In this document: positions 60,935-64,000 of the stretch, piece after piece
How the letters are laid out: every line of letters starts with the position of its first letter
Position numbering within the stretch: position 1 is the stretch's first letter
Source: an uncultured Planctomycetota bacterium
GTDB lineage: Bacteria; Planctomycetota; Planctomycetia; Pirellulales; Lacipirellulaceae
Length of the DNA: 64,000 nucleotides
NCBI GenBank assembly: GCA_963719315.1
Contig: CAVRBU010000002.1
Location: forward strand, 2,089,762 to 2,153,761
Direction of reading: 5' to 3'
Translations under genes and position numbers: made by a program
Notes under the pieces: model-generated
Seen by the model: the letters and a program-made list of their open reading frames with translations, nothing else
Told to the model about the DNA's origin: nothing
The model's database searches: none

Positions 60935-62323
60935 TCACCCGACGACCCGCAGCGAGACCCCGGTGTACAGGTTCGGACCTTTGTGCGGATCTTTGTGGCC
61001 GACACCCGGCATCCTCTTCATCCGTTTGCCAAACTGGCCATGGGCCGTGGCCCGGTAGCCAAAGTCGTCGCACCAACGCTTGTAGTCGTCGAAAACTTCT
61101 CGCTTCTCGACAGCAGCATCGCCCACCGGGACAACCCGCTCGTCCCACCAAGCCAAGAATGGGTCCGAGAAGCGGCGGTGTTCGGCCAGTAGTTGTTTAG
61201 CTCGTGCCGATTGGGTGAAGGCTGTGGACCGCGTGCCCTTCTTCATAACTCGCAACACGCCGTCGAGTGCCCATCGCAAGATGCCGGGGTACTCTGGCCG
61301 CAAGCTGTCGATGATTTCCTTCTTGGGCTTCCGCACACTGGCCGGGATCGTGTGGTCGAAAGGGATCAACACGACCCGGCTCCACACACCGTTGGACCGG
61401 TCGTTGATACGTGGCATTTCGTTGGTGGCCAGCACCATCTTGGTCCGCAGCGTTGTGGTATACGCCGGCTTGTACAGATCGCGGATGGCGACCGTGCCGC
61501 CCCCGGTGATCGCTTTCAATTTTCCCTCGGCTTTTGGGTCCAGATAGTCGGCTTCTTCATCAATGTTGCAAAGTGAGTTCACGAGTTGCGCCGTGGCGTG
61601 TTTCTCGTGCAGATCGGCCAACGCCATGGCGGTGACTTTGTCCTTGCCCAGCATGTCCCGTAGCACGTCGAGAATCGTGCTCTTGCCGCTCATCGCATCA
61701 CCCACCAGCGTGAAGAAGCACTCCAGTTGGATCGCGGGAAAGAAACAGTAGCCCATCATTTCTTGCAGGGTCTGTTGGTCGTCGGGGTCGGGCAGCACCA
61801 GGTCGAGCATCGCGTCCCAATTCGGCGTTTCCTGCTTCGTCTTCGGCAATGCCACCGGCACCGCTAGCGTCATATAGTCGAGCGGTTGGAACTTCGGAGC
61901 GTAGATCCCTAGGGTGTTAGCCGCTGCTTCCAACACACCATTCTCGAACACCACGATTGGCTTTTGGTTGAACCGGCCCACCGGCACGCAGAACCTGGTC
62001 TTCAGCGATTCGATGAGCGAGTTAAGGCTGCGGTCGGTCAGCCGGTCGCCGCAAAGCCAACTGATATCCTGCTTGAAGATGTCGTGGCTTTCGTAGGCTT
62101 GCCAGTGCCGCGCGTTCCAAAAGAGCCACGTGCCGCGGCCTTCGTCGACCGATTGAAAGCAGATTTGGGACGGGCTGGCGTTGAACCAATACACGAGGGC
62201 GTCGGCCATCGGCAGCACGCTGATCGTGTTTTGCTGGGTGATAACGCCCGGTGTCCCGAGCAATGCTGCCCGATCGACTTCTTGGGCGATTTGGGTGTTG
62301 CCGAGTTTTCGCGATGTTGTCAC
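60935..62323 (-). CDS. P4/D5-family SF3 helicase (phage/plasmid primase C-terminal type)
   Basis: FENGVL, LQEMMGYC, Walker A GDAMSGKST, KLKAITGG, ATNEMP, GVWSR..LIPF, winged-helix-like tail; GTG start overlaps the upstream TAG. Confidence 0.9.
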   Translation of the reverse strand: MTTSRKLGNTQIAQEVDRAALLGTPGVITQQNTISVLPMADALVYWFNASPSQICFQSVDEGRGTWLFWNARHWQAYESHDIFKQDISWLCGDRLTDRSLNSLIESLKTRFCVPVGRFNQKPIVVFENGVLEAAANTLGIYAPKFQPLDYMTLAVPVALPKTKQETPNWDAMLDLVLPDPDDQQTLQEMMGYCFFPAIQLECFFTLVGDAMSGKSTILDVLRDMLGKDKVTAMALADLHEKHATAQLVNSLCNIDEEADYLDPKAEGKLKAITGGGTVAIRDLYKPAYTTTLRTKMVLATNEMPRINDRSNGVWSRVVLIPFDHTIPASVRKPKKEIIDSLRPEYPGILRWALDGVLRVMKKGTRSTAFTQSARAKQLLAEHRRFSDPFLAWWDERVVPVGDAAVEKREVFDDYKRWCDDFGYRATAHGQFGKRMKRMPGVGHKDPHKGPNLYTGVSLRVVG

Positions 62324-62634
62324 TACTTCTTCTCCTGTTTCTGAGCTTGGGTTCGTTGTGCTGATTGCAAAATTGAGTTCCATTCGGCTTCGTCGAGGCC
62401 CGCGCCGGCCGCCGCGTCGTGCACGGTGTCGATGGCAGCATCGAGGTCCTTACCGCCGTACTCGCGGAAGCAATGGCAGAGCGACTTGAAGCACGTTTGG
62501 TTTCGGCTCCCTGGGTTCATCTCGACCCTGAGCCACCGAATGAGCTTTAGGTCGAAACCGTCGTATTGCCGATTGCCTGTGGGTTTGCGGGTGTACGTCG
62601 GTTTCTGCTTGGGTCGGAACGTTTTGAGGTTCAT
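62323..62634 (-). CDS. Small PriCT-like (primase C-terminal helical) protein
   Basis: PGSRNQTCF...C ... AA..AGLDEAE...I.QSA pattern; coupled on both sides (TAATG, TAGTG). Confidence 0.6.
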   Translation of the reverse strand: MNLKTFRPKQKPTYTRKPTGNRQYDGFDLKLIRWLRVEMNPGSRNQTCFKSLCHCFREYGGKDLDAAIDTVHDAAAGAGLDEAEWNSILQSAQRTQAQKQEKK

Positions 62635-63226
62635 TACCCGGTGTGGAACAACCGAACCGGCCGCTCGTATTCCGCTTTTCCATCACGCACCACGAGCGGC
62701 AGCGAAACAACCTCGTCCAATCGCGGGCTTGGTTGTCGACCCGATAGTTGTGTGGGGCGTTGCAGAATGCGGCGTCGAGCCGGGCCATCAACGAGTGGTA
62801 GTGCTGCTCGAAAACTTCCGGATCGTGCACCGGATCGATCAGATAAACGAGCCGAGCACCGCCGCGCAGTTGCGTACACCACGTTCGGTGTTTCATCGAT
62901 CACATAGCAGGTGCGAAGCAGATCGCCGAAATCATTCAGCGTCGGCAACTCGCCGTGCCCGGCGTAATCAAGATCGAAGCAGCAGAGCGTAAACGTCAAT
63001 TCGTAAGTGCCGCTCTTCACACAACGCACGGCCGATGGCGTTGCGTACTGAGTAAGGTGGGCATCCGAGTCCCACTTTTCCAATAATGCGATTTCCAGCG
63101 GGATCGCTTCGCACACCGATTGGTTGCCACACGTGAATTTCGAGCCGAGCACGTGGCAGAGAACGTCGGGCAGATCGCCCGGCAAAAGCGGCACATGTAG
63201 GCGCTGATAATCTTTTCTGCGTTCAT
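62634..63226 (-). CDS. Putative AEP/primase-polymerase catalytic domain protein (frameshifts near 63195, 62868 and 62700)
   Basis: FDLDY..H, YATRGGARLVY and DWTRLFRLP motifs reconstructed across frames; upstream of the PriCT-like and helicase genes. Confidence 0.6.
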
Positions 63227-63408
63227 CGCGAGACCCTCCTCGTGAAGGATTCGACACGTTCGTTGACCGCACGCTCTTTCGTGCGGATACGTTCGGCTGC
63301 CGGATGCAGCAGATGATCGAGCAGCAGAAGCTGCCGGCTGGCCAGCCAATCGCCTTTATTGGCGCGGTGGATAAGTTGCTCGACTTCGAGCCCAATTGCT
63401 TGGGGCAT
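63223..63408 (-). CDS. Small hypothetical protein (61 aa)
   Basis: Stop overlaps the next start (ATGA) with GGAGG upstream of that start, suggesting translational coupling. Confidence 0.45.
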   Translation of the reverse strand: MPQAIGLEVEQLIHRANKGDWLASRQLLLLDHLLHPAAERIRTKERAVNERVESFTRRVSR

Positions 63409-64000
63409 GACTGTTTCCTCTCAGAAATAAAAACGGCCGCCGTGGACGAAACAGTCAAAACCCACGGCGGCCGGAAACTCGGCAGAGTTGTGACTGTTGA
63501 ATACGGTTGGCGATTGGTCAGAGTCCGAGTCTCCCAGTCGCCACCGATAACTTTGCCGCCGCGCAGTGCGCACTTTTGGCCCATTTCATAAATACGTGCG
63601 CCACCCCCTCGCGCAGCGCCGCGCCCCGTCGCTCCCGTTGGTCGCGGAGGGGGGGTGGGGGCCTAGACGCCTCGTGGGCAGCCGTGAGCCAACAGAATGC
63701 CCCTCAAGCTTCCCAGACCGGCCAAAGCGCCATGCAAGCCACGGGGGTGCGTACGTACCTGACGTGCGGCGAGAAGTGCACTTCATTATTACCAAGGCGC
63801 CAGCCCTGTGGGTTGTACGTCTGGGACCCGGAAGCACGTGTATTGCTCGTCACGCGGGTCGCACACTGACACCTGACTAATCCTGGGACTCGTCCACCAC
63901 CATAAACAACCGGCACTCATCATGGCACCCGCAATCACCTCGATGTAGGTGACCTGGACGCCATCACTTCACCGCCTTTCGCGTTGTCGCGACAGTTGAT

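Larger units (their letters stand above)
60200..64000 (-). mobile_element. Edge of an integrated phage-satellite/plasmid-like element; boundaries approximate and running off the window
   Basis: Primase-polymerase, PriCT-like and SF3 helicase genes, iteron-like block, small coupled ORFs; no integrase or att site visible. Confidence 0.6.

Noticed and set aside
63584..64000. Possible genes or structured RNA at the window end
   Set aside because: Only short ORFs without motifs and GC-rich stems with no recognisable family; insufficient evidence.

Overview
GC-rich bacterial chromosome window, most likely Planctomycetota (Pirellulales/Lacipirellula-like, inferred from a DUF1559 prepilin-type gene and PEP-CTERM proteins with GDYN..VDAADYV.WR motifs). 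Positions 1-49.7 kb are mostly housekeeping: argB-argD-argF, a glmU-like gene with prs, a UbiD-family gene, a ROK kinase, a complete nuoA-N complex I operon, exbB/exbD and a livKHMGF ABC transporter. Positions 49.7-64 kb are accessory: a truncated restriction-modification remnant, a PEP-CTERM/DUF1559/PqaA cassette, a partial second IS630 copy, an IS5-like element, and the edge of a phage-satellite-like element. That element has a three-gene split primase/helicase module followed by an iteron-like inverted-repeat block. Many conserved genes carry isolated 1-2 nt frameshifts, most simply explained as long-read indel errors. The most striking non-genic signal is a set of inverted heptamer arrays, each with a different 7-mer unit, sitting just upstream of start codons and sometimes inside coding sequence. 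REP-like doublets, a CTAG-bounded MITE and an in-frame palindrome insertion are also present. No rRNA, tRNA or CRISPR array was recognised. All family assignments are by motif recognition; no database search was run.
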